Shown here in pieces: positions 50,151 through 61,268 of a stretch of 64,000 nucleotides of DNA. Position 1 is the stretch's first letter, and each line of letters begins with the position of its first letter. The notes under the pieces are model-generated. The model did no database searches. It was not told the DNA's origin and saw only the letters and a list, made by a program, of their open reading frames with translations. Source of the DNA: an uncultured bacterium (lineage in GTDB: Bacteria; Zixibacteria; MSB-5A5; JAABVY01; JAHJOQ01); contig CBDUQR010000001.1 in NCBI GenBank assembly GCA_965369655.1, positions 32,001-96,000 of the forward strand. Reading direction: 5' to 3'. Position numbers and translations under genes: made by a program.

Positions 50151-50178
50151 CTGGATTCCTGCCTTCGCAGGAATGACG
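50151..50178. repeat. REP-like element, same family as 25231-25330
   Basis: CTGGATTCCTGCCTTCGCAGGAATGACG. Confidence 0.8.
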
Positions 50179-50350
50179 CGATCTGTATGCTCTTGTGACA
50201 GCATAAACTCTCCTACACCAGTCCCATCTCTTTCATCATCGCCTTGATTTTTTGTGATGTGGCCGGTCTTGAACCTCTCGAGATTGACTGATTCAATTGT
50301 CCAAATGTATGCTAACAGCAATGCGCTGTCAATTTATCCCGATGGATGGA

Positions 50351-51283
50351 TCAAACATCTTCTGAATCTGACTGCAGAAGATGTTCGAGGGCATTTCGGA
50401 GATGAGGGAAAGCGAATTCAAAGCCGGATTCCAGGAGTTTCTTCGGGATGACTCTCTGACCGGCGAGGACTGTCCCGACTGCCATCTTTCCAAGCACGAG
50501 CTTCGCAGCGAAAGCCGGAACCGATGCAGACGACGACTTGCTGAGCGTATCCCCGAGCGTTTTCGAAAAGTCCGCGTTTGACACAGGATTGGGAGCGACC
50601 AGATTCACCGGACCGTTTATGCCGTCGTTTTCGATCAGATGTTTGATGGCGGCGAGCCAGTCATCGAGGGCAATCCAGCTCATCATCTGCCTGCCACTCC
50701 CCATCTTCCCACCCAGACCCTTTTTGAACAATGGCAGCAGCTTCGCGAGCGCACCTCCCGCCGGAGTCAGCACAATGCCGGTTCTCATCAGGATCGTGCG
50801 TATTCCTGCATTCACGGCAGGTTTCGCGGCGTTTTCCCAATCCCGACAGACATTGGCGAGAAACCCCTCGCCGACCGAGCTTGATTCATCGAGCGATTCG
50901 TCCGGATCGCGATCGCCATAAATCCCGATCGCCGATGCGGACATGAACAGCGCAGGTTTCCTCTCCAATCGCGCTATCGATTCGGCAAGAAACTGTGTCG
51001 TCTCAATCCTGCTGTCACGGATCAATTTCATGCGAGCATCAGTCCAGCGAGACTCGGCAATTCCGGCACCGGAGAGATTTATGATGACATCGATGCCATC
51101 CAGCTTATCGACATTCAGGGTTCGCTCCAGTGGATTCCAGAGTACAGCCTCTGCGCCCGATTCATAGCGAGCATCGTCCCTGACCAGAACGACCACCGAG
51201 TGACCGTCACGAGTCAAAGCTGGAACCAGCGCCGATCCGAGCAGCCCCGATGATCCCGATATCGCGATTCGCATTGACATCAA
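50351..51283 (-). CDS. TIGR01777 family NAD-dependent epimerase
   Basis: SGSSGLLG, SASAIGIYG, FLANVCRDWE, MSWI, GPVNLVAP. Confidence 0.9.
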   Translation of the reverse strand: MMSMRIAISGSSGLLGSALVPALTRDGHSVVVLVRDDARYESGAEAVLWNPLERTLNVDKLDGIDVIINLSGAGIAESRWTDARMKLIRDSRIETTQFLAESIARLERKPALFMSASAIGIYGDRDPDESLDESSSVGEGFLANVCRDWENAAKPAVNAGIRTILMRTGIVLTPAGGALAKLLPLFKKGLGGKMGSGRQMMSWIALDDWLAAIKHLIENDGINGPVNLVAPNPVSNADFSKTLGDTLSKSSSASVPAFAAKLVLGKMAVGTVLAGQRVIPKKLLESGFEFAFPHLRNALEHLLQSDSEDV

Positions 51284-51328
51284 TAATACTCAGTCTGTGA
51301 TATCATGACGGAAATGCCGACCCGTGAT

Positions 51329-51988
51329 CTACGGTCTCTCTACGCTTACGGTTAATTTTGGCAAGCTGAATATCTCCGCCTCGACAAGGTCGCCGTGGCG
51401 CAGCGCCCCCACACCTTTCGGAGTCCCGGTCATGAATACATCACCCGGTTCGAGCGTCATGAATCCGGAAACATATTCGATAACCTCACCCGGCGTGAAA
51501 ATCATCTGACCGGTGTTGGCTGACTGCCGGAGTTCGCCGTTAACCGAGAGTTGGATGTCGAGAGAGAGGGGATCGAAATCGGTCGGTACCGAGACAAACT
51601 CGCCGAACACAGCGGCTGAATCGAAACATTTCGAGATTGTCCATGGTCCGCCTGATTTCCTGGCGGCATCCTGAATGTCGCGAAGTGTCAGGTCGAGGCC
51701 GACTCCCCAGCACGAGATCAACTCCTGGGCATCGTCCGCCGACACAGACTTGCACTGTTCTGCTATCACGAAACAGAGTTCTACCTCATGGTGCAGCGTT
51801 CCAAGCTTAGACGGAATGGTGATTCGATCTGCTCCAGCCGTTATTGATGAATTCGGCTTTAGGAATATGGTCGGTTCCGACATGGGCTTCGATCCGCCCA
51901 TCTCCTGGATATGAGCGAGGTAATTTCTGCCCACGCAGATTATCTTGCCGGGAATGATCTTCGCCCCGACAGCCTTTATGGTATTCAT
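51329..51988 (-). CDS. Fumarylacetoacetate hydrolase family protein
   Basis: KIICVGRNY..H, HHEVEL, DLTLRD, TGTPKGVG. Confidence 0.93.
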   Translation of the reverse strand: MNTIKAVGAKIIPGKIICVGRNYLAHIQEMGGSKPMSEPTIFLKPNSSITAGADRITIPSKLGTLHHEVELCFVIAEQCKSVSADDAQELISCWGVGLDLTLRDIQDAARKSGGPWTISKCFDSAAVFGEFVSVPTDFDPLSLDIQLSVNGELRQSANTGQMIFTPGEVIEYVSGFMTLEPGDVFMTGTPKGVGALRHGDLVEAEIFSLPKLTVSVERP

Positions 51989-52013
51989 TCAGCCAACTCC
52001 GATTGCCTTGCTC

Positions 52014-52172
52014 TTACATGGGAGCAAATTGATTTTTCTCCGCAGAACATACCGGACAGAGGAAATCATCCGGCAGATCCTCGAACAGAGTACCCGGCTC
52101 GATGCCGTTTTCAGGATCGCCTTCTTCCGGATCATAGACCCAGCCACAGACGGTGCATACATATTTTTGCAT
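52014..52172 (-). CDS. Rubredoxin (52 aa, absent from ORF track)
   Basis: Manual translation [62 protein letters not shown]. Confidence 0.95.
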   Translation of the reverse strand: MQKYVCTVCGWVYDPEEGDPENGIEPGTLFEDLPDDFLCPVCSAEKNQFAPM

Positions 52173-52261
52173 CAATTCCTCCTCGGATCGAGACTATCAT
52201 TACGTGAGAATACCAGTCGCGGAATGCGGTGTCAAGAGCGCAAATGCAATATGGAAGCTCC

Positions 52262-52756
52262 TCAGCGGCTGCCGGAGAAGAGAGCATGTGCGATAAGACC
52301 GGCAATCGGCGGGAATATGAGCGTGCTGGCGAACCTGATCGCTGTCAGTTTCCATCCGAGGACGCCGATCTCCATTGGTATCCTGCTGACTGCGTAAAGG
52401 GACCATCCGGTCAGGAATGCAACCATAGTGCCGACGCCAGCCCCTGATCGCAGAAGACCCGCAGCGATTGGAAGGCTTACATACGGTCCCCCGGGCGTCA
52501 GACCACCAGCTAACGATCCAATCAGAATCCCTCGTAAACCCGATTCTTCGCCTACCCATTTTGCGACAGTCTCCTGAGGAATAAGCGTCTGGACCATGCC
52601 CGCGATGATAAATGCAAACGCAAGAAGCGGGACAATCTCGATAGTCATATTGTACGCCGATTTGAGACCGGCGATATGCGCGCCTTCACCGCCGCGATAT
52701 CCGAGATACAACAGCACAGCGGCGAGTATCCCCATGATTATTGTAGGAATCAGCAT
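52262..52756 (-). CDS. Small permease (DUF318-like half)
   Basis: PGGPYVSLP motif, multiple TMs. Confidence 0.75.
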   Translation of the reverse strand: MLIPTIIMGILAAVLLYLGYRGGEGAHIAGLKSAYNMTIEIVPLLAFAFIIAGMVQTLIPQETVAKWVGEESGLRGILIGSLAGGLTPGGPYVSLPIAAGLLRSGAGVGTMVAFLTGWSLYAVSRIPMEIGVLGWKLTAIRFASTLIFPPIAGLIAHALFSGSR

Positions 52757-52815
52757 GTTGTTTTTCTTTCGTTTGGGCGGCATCTATGGATACCTGTTTA
52801 TAAGTCGAATCATTA

Positions 52816-54417
52816 TCAGAAACTCTTCCTCTTGAATTTGCGGCGAAGAGCGAGAACAAATAGAGCAATCAGTGAAGCTACAAACAGTGTCTCTAATATG
52901 ATGAGTGTCTCCTGCCAACCGAATCTAAGATATAAATCCATTTTGTCCCGGTTAACCCAAAGTAGCTTGAGATTGATTATGCACACATCGAAGTATACAC
53001 CTTCAGAAAAATCTTCCCAAATGATACCGGGCTTTAGGCGGACAACGTCCGAATCGTAGCCCTCAAACTCATGAGCAACTTGATTTACAAAATAACTGTC
53101 AGTATCCACATTAACACCATAATGCAAGAGCAATAGCGGAATAAAGAGAAGAATAAACGCCAGCAGCCCTAACGGCCTTCTATAGCTTTCGCCGTAGTTG
53201 CTTACAAGCTTGTACCAAATGTCGAGACAGATGAAACTTCGCCACCACCCCTTAGATTTTCTAACCATTTCCCTTTCACCAACATAGAAATCACCAGCCT
53301 CCGGGTATCTATAACTTTCGCCGTAATTGGCTTGGAGTCTCCTGAATAATTGAGCGACAGCTTGATACTCACGTGCCTCAGATGATGCGCTCAACAGTTG
53401 CTCGTCAAAAACCGACTTTCTTCGTGTGGGGTAAAGGAATCGGAGTATTGAAACTAGAGAACTCGGCACACTAAGTTTGGATCCTATTGACACTATTGCT
53501 CGAATCAATCTCCCTGAGCGATGCTCCGCCCAGCGAACATAGGAGATATCTACTTTGCTGATATCACATCCACTGAGTTGTACGTTTGACATGTCGATGT
53601 CTTCAAATCGGACCTTCTCAGGTGCACTGAATTTACACATTCGCATATCTGATCCACAGAGAAACTCAGTGTTGCGAAAGATAACCTCGTTCCTAAATAC
53701 AGTCCGTGTGAAGCTAACATTCAAGAATTTTGTCTTGATAAAACTGGCTCGGCCATCAAAAGTTGTGGATTGAATCCCTTCAATTTCCATTAGCTCAATC
53801 GTCGAGAAGAGAGTTCTACGATACATCTTTGCTAAGTTGAAGGAGACCTCTTTATTGAAATGAACATTTCGGAAATCCGCTACACACCAAAACCAGCAAT
53901 GCCGGAAACTGGCTTTTCCCTCAAAAGTACATAATTTGAAGTCAGCTTGCTTATTGGTATCCCCGTCACCAGTGCCAAACTTGCACCCGTCGAAATTAGT
54001 ATTTTGAAAGAAAGTTGATCCCGCAAACGTTACAGACATGCCGAATTTTGTACCTGTTGAAAACCTCGTTTTCCCACGAAACTCACATTTGTGATAATAG
54101 ACATTATCTCTGAATTCTGAGAAAGAGAAGTCAACTTCGTAAAAGACTGAGTGACTGAAATACACTGGCTTATAGATGATACGATGCGAAGCGGTCAAGC
54201 TACCATGCGGAAAGTGAACCCTGGTCAGATCGTGACAATCTTCTGTTGGATCGCCAAAAACCGCTTCAAGTTCGTTTGTGAAATCTGTAAGGTTCTTTGT
54301 TGGGCGCTGATCGTGCAAGATGCAGTGGTGAAATATCTGGTCATCCCAATTATAACCATATGCCCGTCTCCCGCACTCCTTTCCATTTGCCATTCTTTCT
54401 CTGCAAGTATCAGACAT
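52816..54417 (-). CDS. AT-rich pentapeptide-repeat protein with C-terminal membrane region
   Basis: N-terminal C..C..CILH; xFxxxxF repeats; AGDFYVGEREM, SNYGES followed by TMs. Confidence 0.8.
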   Translation of the reverse strand: MSDTCRERMANGKECGRRAYGYNWDDQIFHHCILHDQRPTKNLTDFTNELEAVFGDPTEDCHDLTRVHFPHGSLTASHRIIYKPVYFSHSVFYEVDFSFSEFRDNVYYHKCEFRGKTRFSTGTKFGMSVTFAGSTFFQNTNFDGCKFGTGDGDTNKQADFKLCTFEGKASFRHCWFWCVADFRNVHFNKEVSFNLAKMYRRTLFSTIELMEIEGIQSTTFDGRASFIKTKFLNVSFTRTVFRNEVIFRNTEFLCGSDMRMCKFSAPEKVRFEDIDMSNVQLSGCDISKVDISYVRWAEHRSGRLIRAIVSIGSKLSVPSSLVSILRFLYPTRRKSVFDEQLLSASSEAREYQAVAQLFRRLQANYGESYRYPEAGDFYVGEREMVRKSKGWWRSFICLDIWYKLVSNYGESYRRPLGLLAFILLFIPLLLLHYGVNVDTDSYFVNQVAHEFEGYDSDVVRLKPGIIWEDFSEGVYFDVCIINLKLLWVNRDKMDLYLRFGWQETLIILETLFVASLIALFVLALRRKFKRKSF

Positions 54418-54426
54418 GGTCAACCA

Positions 54427-55545
54427 TCACTTCCTCGCTTTCCACATCAGCAACAGCCCGACTACAAAAAAGACAGTGTTGACGCCCCATGCTGCGATGA
54501 TCGGCGGGATCGTGCCTTCGGCGCCGAGTCTCTGTCCGACCTCGAAGAGTAAAATGTAACAGAACGCAATGCCCGCCGAAAATGAGAACCCAATCGCGAC
54601 AGATCCGCGTCGTTTGTCGGATGCAAGCGGTACAGCAAGCAGCACTATGATAAAGCTTGCCAGCGGCAACGAAAACTTGATGTGGTAGAAGACTTCCTCG
54701 CGCGTGGTTTCGACCGCCGCTTTGCGACGATAGTCGATCGTCCTTGCGAGTTCCGCAACCGACATGTCGAAACCGAGGTTTCTGCCAGAAGCTTTGCTGA
54801 TCACTTCGGAATGCTCGAACCTCTCGGGCGGTTCGGATATATCCGTCAGATAGAGTGTATCGAACTCGGTGACAACTTCGGCACCGGCACCCTCGCCATC
54901 GGATGAAAACTGACGCAGCACGCCATCCATCGCAACCCAGATCGTGTCCTCCCATCGCATTATCTCGCAGTCGAGTTTGCTCGACAGCCGATTCTCGGAG
55001 ACGGTGAATATCTCGACGCGTTTCGCGGTATTCGTCGGCGGATGATAGTTACCCAGCTTGAATATCCTCCCCTGTTCGCCGAGATACAGCAGCCCGTGCA
55101 CATTCTCTTTGCCGTAGTTCGGGTTCTTCTCGATCTCACCGTACCTGATCTGCATCTTTCGCCTGTTTGCTTCCGGGACGATCCTGTCGGAGAAGAAGAA
55201 CATCGCTACGCTGATCAACAGCCCCCCAAGCAGCAGCGGCCTGGCGACACGATACAGGCTGACCCCGGAAGAACTGGTTGCCAGAAGCTCGTTTCGCCGC
55301 GCCATAAGCCCGACCGTGAACATCGAGCCGAGCAACACAGCAACCGGCGTTACCTGCACGATTATGAACGGAAAATAGTAAACGTAGTAGCGGATTACGG
55401 TCCCAAACGGCGCCTCGTTGTCGATGTAGTCGTCGAGATGTTCTACCACATCGACTATCAGGTAGATGAGCAGGAACACGAATATCGAAATCAGGGCGGC
55501 CTTGAGAAACGACTTGAGCATGTATCTGTCGAGGACTTTGAACAT
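54427..55545 (-). CDS. lptG: LPS export permease LptG
   Basis: LDRY, RRNELLA..SSGVS, KFSLPL, AAWGVN. Confidence 0.85.
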   Translation of the reverse strand: MFKVLDRYMLKSFLKAALISIFVFLLIYLIVDVVEHLDDYIDNEAPFGTVIRYYVYYFPFIIVQVTPVAVLLGSMFTVGLMARRNELLATSSSGVSLYRVARPLLLGGLLISVAMFFFSDRIVPEANRRKMQIRYGEIEKNPNYGKENVHGLLYLGEQGRIFKLGNYHPPTNTAKRVEIFTVSENRLSSKLDCEIMRWEDTIWVAMDGVLRQFSSDGEGAGAEVVTEFDTLYLTDISEPPERFEHSEVISKASGRNLGFDMSVAELARTIDYRRKAAVETTREEVFYHIKFSLPLASFIIVLLAVPLASDKRRGSVAIGFSFSAGIAFCYILLFEVGQRLGAEGTIPPIIAAWGVNTVFFVVGLLLMWKARK

Positions 55546-56906
55546 CAGCGCGTCCTGCGGACCAATTTGATAAGTTCCGCGATAAACTTCTTCTCCGTCA
55601 TAACCTTGAACAGCAAAATCACCCCGGCAATCCCCAGAAGGATATTCGCGGACCACATGGCGATTTCAGGCGAGACAAACCCGCGATCGGAGAGCTCCTC
55701 GCCGCCGATCAGAAACGCCCAGTAGACGATAAATAGCGCTATTGATATGCCGATAGAGATCGCCATGCCGCCTCGTCTCGCAAGAATCCCGAGCGGTGCG
55801 CCGACCAGCACGAACACGAAGCAGGCGGCAGGCAGTGAATACTTCTTGTGTACTTCAAGGAGGTACTTATTGATTAACTCCTGAGTATGGCTCATGCTTT
55901 TGACAGACTGCCGCAGGTCTCGTTCGATGTCGACAGCTCTCTGGAATGCGAGCATCACCGCCTTCCGATAGAACATTTTCCCAGCGTCGGCATGATCGAC
56001 AGTAACGCCGTCGAGCAGCCTGCGGTTCTCGTTCTCGATTCGCCTCCAGGCTGTCACGCGCGCATTGTCCATCCTGTTGCGCCATTTGCGAATCTCGGCG
56101 AGCATATCCTCGGATGATCTCTCCCTGTCTCCCCTGTACGACGATGACGATGTCTTCTTGAGAGATCGACTGACATCTCTGATATTGAATGTCTGCTTTT
56201 CGAATTTGACCCACTGCCATTTGTTGGGTGAATCGGGCACCGGTTCATGTATCTCGCCGTCCTCGAGTTCGAAGCTGAGAACAGCGCCGCCGTCAAGATA
56301 CTTTAGCCTGCCGCGCTCTGCCAGAATAGTGCGCGGGTTCTTTGAATCCTTCTGATCGAAAATGGTTACGTCTTTTATGCGAGACGTCTTGTGGTCGATG
56401 TCCCTTATCAGGATCACGTACCCGGGTATATCGTTCAGAAAGATATTGCTTCTAATCGACAGGGTCGGCCGCGTCACGCGTATATCGCCCATCAGCACTC
56501 TTGCCTCATGGTTGGCGTCCGGCAGGACTTCATTGTTGAACCAGACCATGAATGCCGCGAGAAACATGCTTGCAATGAGGACGGGCCGTATCAGTGATAT
56601 GACATGAATGCCAGAGCTTTTCATCGCAAGGATTTCAAAATCGGACGTCATTCTTCCAAACGCCATCAACGTGGCGACAAGCGTAGACATCGGAACCGAC
56701 AGGGCGAGCATCCAGGCGAGATTGAGGACAAAAACCCAGAGTATAGTGAGAACATCGAGGTCCTTGCCTATCGCCATCTCTATCACGTTCGGAACGAAAT
56801 CGAGAATCAGAACGAATGTCACCACGAAGAACGCAAAAAAGAACGGACCCAGATGTTCTTTGAGGATATATCTGGACAGTATGCGCATTTCGGCCAAGTT
56901 ATTCAT
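55545..56906 (-). CDS. lptF: LPS export permease LptF
   Basis: ILSRYILKE, FGRMTSDFEILAMKSSG, EVHKKYSLP, GAPLG. Confidence 0.85.
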   Translation of the reverse strand: MNNLAEMRILSRYILKEHLGPFFFAFFVVTFVLILDFVPNVIEMAIGKDLDVLTILWVFVLNLAWMLALSVPMSTLVATLMAFGRMTSDFEILAMKSSGIHVISLIRPVLIASMFLAAFMVWFNNEVLPDANHEARVLMGDIRVTRPTLSIRSNIFLNDIPGYVILIRDIDHKTSRIKDVTIFDQKDSKNPRTILAERGRLKYLDGGAVLSFELEDGEIHEPVPDSPNKWQWVKFEKQTFNIRDVSRSLKKTSSSSYRGDRERSSEDMLAEIRKWRNRMDNARVTAWRRIENENRRLLDGVTVDHADAGKMFYRKAVMLAFQRAVDIERDLRQSVKSMSHTQELINKYLLEVHKKYSLPAACFVFVLVGAPLGILARRGGMAISIGISIALFIVYWAFLIGGEELSDRGFVSPEIAMWSANILLGIAGVILLFKVMTEKKFIAELIKLVRRTR

Positions 56907-56962
56907 GTTGCGTTTATTATACAAGTATTTTCCTTGCAGGGTCTTCCGCGCGATTATATCTT

Positions 56963-57901
56963 GTGACAGAGGTATATGTGATGATTTCAGATTTCGTACA
57001 AGGGGACACAGTCACAGAGTTTTTCGCGCTTGCATCGGTGCAGTTGCGGCAGTACGATCAGGGTGAAATGCTGCGGCTGGAGTTCACCGACGCTTCCGGC
57101 AGGATCGATGGCATAGCCTGGGACAACGCATCCAATACATACAGCCGGATCAAGAACGCCGATATTGTCAAGGTTCAGGCTCTGGTATCGACGTACCGTG
57201 ACAAACTGCAACTAAAAGTCAACAGGATTCGTGAGGCGGAAGATGGAGAATACGATATCGAGAAGCTGCTGCGGGTTGTCGATGGTGGTCTGGACAGACA
57301 GAGAGAGTTCTTTGACACGATCTTCGCGACAATATCAGACGAATATCTGTCTGAACTCCTGCGCAAAATCAGGCATGACGATGATCTTTTCGGGAAATAC
57401 CTGAGAGCTCCCGCCGGGAAGCGATTTCATCATGATTATATCGGCGGTCTAGCCGAGCACTCTCTCTCTATGGCGAATCTCGCCTCAAGATGCTGCGAGC
57501 ATTATCCCGAACTGAATCGTGACCTGACCGTCTGCGGAGCAATTCTCCACGATATCGGCAAGGTGCAGGAACTGGCGGGCGGAACAAGGCTGGAATATAC
57601 CGACAAGGGGAAACTGATCGGGCACATCACGCTTGGCGACAGGATCGTCGCGGACATTATCGCAACAATCCCGGACTTTCCCGAAAAGCTGGAGACCAAG
57701 CTGCGCCATTTGATGCTCTCGCATCATGGCGAACGACAGTTCGGCTCACCTGTTGTCCCGATGACAAGAGAGGCGTATGTGCTCCACTATGTTGACAGGC
57801 TCGACAGCGGTTTGAATGTTTTCTCGCACTATGAGTCAAACCATGTCGACGATTGGTCCAACTATGTCAACCTGTGGGAAAGATTTCTCTACTTCGGGTA
57901 G
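56963..57901 (+). CDS. yhaM: YhaM-like OB+HD 3'-5' exoribonuclease
   Basis: OB domain; APAGKRFHH..GGLAEH, LHDIGK, GHI, SHHG. Confidence 0.88.
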   Translation: MTEVYVMISDFVQGDTVTEFFALASVQLRQYDQGEMLRLEFTDASGRIDGIAWDNASNTYSRIKNADIVKVQALVSTYRDKLQLKVNRIREAEDGEYDIEKLLRVVDGGLDRQREFFDTIFATISDEYLSELLRKIRHDDDLFGKYLRAPAGKRFHHDYIGGLAEHSLSMANLASRCCEHYPELNRDLTVCGAILHDIGKVQELAGGTRLEYTDKGKLIGHITLGDRIVADIIATIPDFPEKLETKLRHLMLSHHGERQFGSPVVPMTREAYVLHYVDRLDSGLNVFSHYESNHVDDWSNYVNLWERFLYFG

Positions 57902-59005
<1,104 letters not shown>

Positions 59006-59066
59006 GCGACCCCGCGAGACAGTGCCACATTGGCATGTAAATACCGCCACATTTGCATTTTTACTC

Positions 59067-59096
59067 TTGACAATTCAGCCTCTCAACACGTAGATT
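59067..59096 (+). promoter_or_regulatory. sigma70-type promoter, probably leaderless for rnr
   Basis: TTGACA-N18-TAGATT ending 6 nt before GTG 59103. Confidence 0.55.
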
Positions 59097-59102
59097 CCTG
59101 AT

Positions 59103-61268
59103 GTGGCAGTTTCAAGAAGCCGAATCATAGCGTATATCGAGTCAGAGAGTTACCGACCTTTGAGGATTCGGGAACTCGCCAAAGGGCTCAAAATACCTGA
59201 ATCCGAGTACCGCACATTTCGACAGCAGATCAAGGATCTGATTGCAGACAGCTCGATCGTGAGGTTGAAAGGCGGTCGAATCGGCCAACCGAGCAAACTC
59301 AATCTCAAGTCGGGCATCCTTCAGGTCAACCGCAAGGGCGTAGGATTCATGGCGCCCGAGGATGGCTCTGAGGATATATTCATCCCCGCCGACGAGATGT
59401 CGACCGGACTCGACAAAGACCGCGTCCTGGTTCGTGTGAAACCGGGCAGGCGCGGACGACTCCGCGAAGGCGCAATCCTGAAAGTGCTCAAACGCGAGAG
59501 GAACACGATAGTCGGTACTTTCCATCGAACCAGACATTTCATGTCGGTCGAACCTGACGACGAGAGGATCGGGCGGGACATCTATGTTCATGACTGTGGC
59601 GATCTTCGCGTGGAAAATGGGCAGAAAGTTGTCATCGCGCTCTCGGAGTGGAAAAACCCGAATATGAACCCGCAGGGGAAAATAATCGAGATACTCGGAT
59701 ACCCAGACGATCCGGGCGTCGATATCCTTTCGACAATCAGGAAGTTCAGTCTTCCCACAGAGTTTCCGGAGGCGGTCGAGAAAGAATCGACGGGCCTGAA
59801 ACTCGATATTTCTCCCGCCGCTCTCGAAGGCAGGCTCGATCTCAGGGACAAGATAACTCTAACGATAGATCCTGCGGATGCAAAGGACTATGACGACGCC
59901 GTATCTCTCGAGATTCTGGACAACGGGAACTACATGCTTGGGGTCCACATCGCCGATGTCGCGCACTATGTTCTTGAGGGGACCTCGCTCGACACGGAGG
60001 CGAGAGAAAGGGCAACATCTGTCTATCTTGTCGACAGGGTTCTGCCGATGCTGCCGGAGCGGCTCTCCAATGATATATGCAGTCTTCGAGAGAACGAGGA
60101 TCGCCTGACCTACTCCTGCCTCATGGAAGTTACAAAGAGCGGTGACGTCAAGAAGACCCGGATTGTCCAGTCGGTGATCTGCTCACGGGCGAGACTGTCG
60201 TATGATGACGTGCAGGAGTATTTCGACGATGGCAATCAGACGGACAAACTGAGCGGACTGACACAATCTCTCGATCTGATGCAGAAGCTGGCGAAAATAC
60301 TGAGGAAAAGGCGTCTCGAAATGGGCAGCCTTGATTTCGATCTGCCGGAGCCGAGAGTGGTCCTTGATACATCGGGCGACGTCGTAGATATCAGACCGCG
60401 TCCCAGAAAGGAAAGCCACAAGTTAGTCGAGGAATTCATGCTGCTGGCGAACCGAGCCGTGGCAGAGCAGTTCATGAGGCTTGGACTTCCCATACTGTAC
60501 AGGGTACACGAGGCTCCCGACCCGGACAGACTGGACGCATACCGCGAATTTGCGAGGGGCTTCGGCTGGGAACTCAAGATAACCAATCCGCCAAAACCGA
60601 TTCAACTGGCTCGATTCCTGAAAAAGATCGAAGGCTCTGACGCCGAGAGCATACTCAACGAGATGCTGCTCAGATCTCTGAAGAAAGCGTGCTATCAACC
60701 CGACAATATCGGTCATTTCGGACTCGCGTTCAGCCATTATCTCCATTTCACATCACCGATACGAAGATACCCTGACCTGCTTGTCCATCGACTGCTCAAA
60801 GAGATCAGGAACAGGCGCTATCCGGGAAAGCTGATGCCTTCGATAAAGAGACTGCTCAAACAGGTCGGCGAGCATTCATCGATGAGGGAAAAACTCGCTG
60901 AGGAAGCCGAACGCGAAACGGTGCGCATTAAACAGGCGATATACCTGTCGAAACATGTTGGCGATGTATTCGAGGGGGTGGTCTCCGGGATCATGTCGTT
61001 CGGATTCTTTGTCAGGCTGAAGAAATTCTCTGCCGAGGGCATGGTGCGACTCTCGACGCTCGGCGACGACTACTATCAGGTAGACGACAACAGGCTTTCG
61101 ATAACCGGCAGCCACACCGGAAAAGCTTTTTCACTCGGTGACAGAGTCTTTGTCCAGATCATCAATGTCGACCTCGACCACTATCAGATAAATCTGTCTA
61201 TTGTCAGCGATGACTCTCCGAAAAAACCCCGCAGGAGAAAAAACTCTATAGGAAAAAGGAAGAAATGA
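59103..61268 (+). CDS. rnr: Ribonuclease R
   Basis: TIDPADAKDYDDA, HIADV, EEFMLLAN, HFTSPIRRYPDL, S1 domain, basic tail. Confidence 0.96.
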   Translation: MAVSRSRIIAYIESESYRPLRIRELAKGLKIPESEYRTFRQQIKDLIADSSIVRLKGGRIGQPSKLNLKSGILQVNRKGVGFMAPEDGSEDIFIPADEMSTGLDKDRVLVRVKPGRRGRLREGAILKVLKRERNTIVGTFHRTRHFMSVEPDDERIGRDIYVHDCGDLRVENGQKVVIALSEWKNPNMNPQGKIIEILGYPDDPGVDILSTIRKFSLPTEFPEAVEKESTGLKLDISPAALEGRLDLRDKITLTIDPADAKDYDDAVSLEILDNGNYMLGVHIADVAHYVLEGTSLDTEARERATSVYLVDRVLPMLPERLSNDICSLRENEDRLTYSCLMEVTKSGDVKKTRIVQSVICSRARLSYDDVQEYFDDGNQTDKLSGLTQSLDLMQKLAKILRKRRLEMGSLDFDLPEPRVVLDTSGDVVDIRPRPRKESHKLVEEFMLLANRAVAEQFMRLGLPILYRVHEAPDPDRLDAYREFARGFGWELKITNPPKPIQLARFLKKIEGSDAESILNEMLLRSLKKACYQPDNIGHFGLAFSHYLHFTSPIRRYPDLLVHRLLKEIRNRRYPGKLMPSIKRLLKQVGEHSSMREKLAEEAERETVRIKQAIYLSKHVGDVFEGVVSGIMSFGFFVRLKKFSAEGMVRLSTLGDDYYQVDDNRLSITGSHTGKAFSLGDRVFVQIINVDLDHYQINLSIVSDDSPKKPRRRKNSIGKRKK

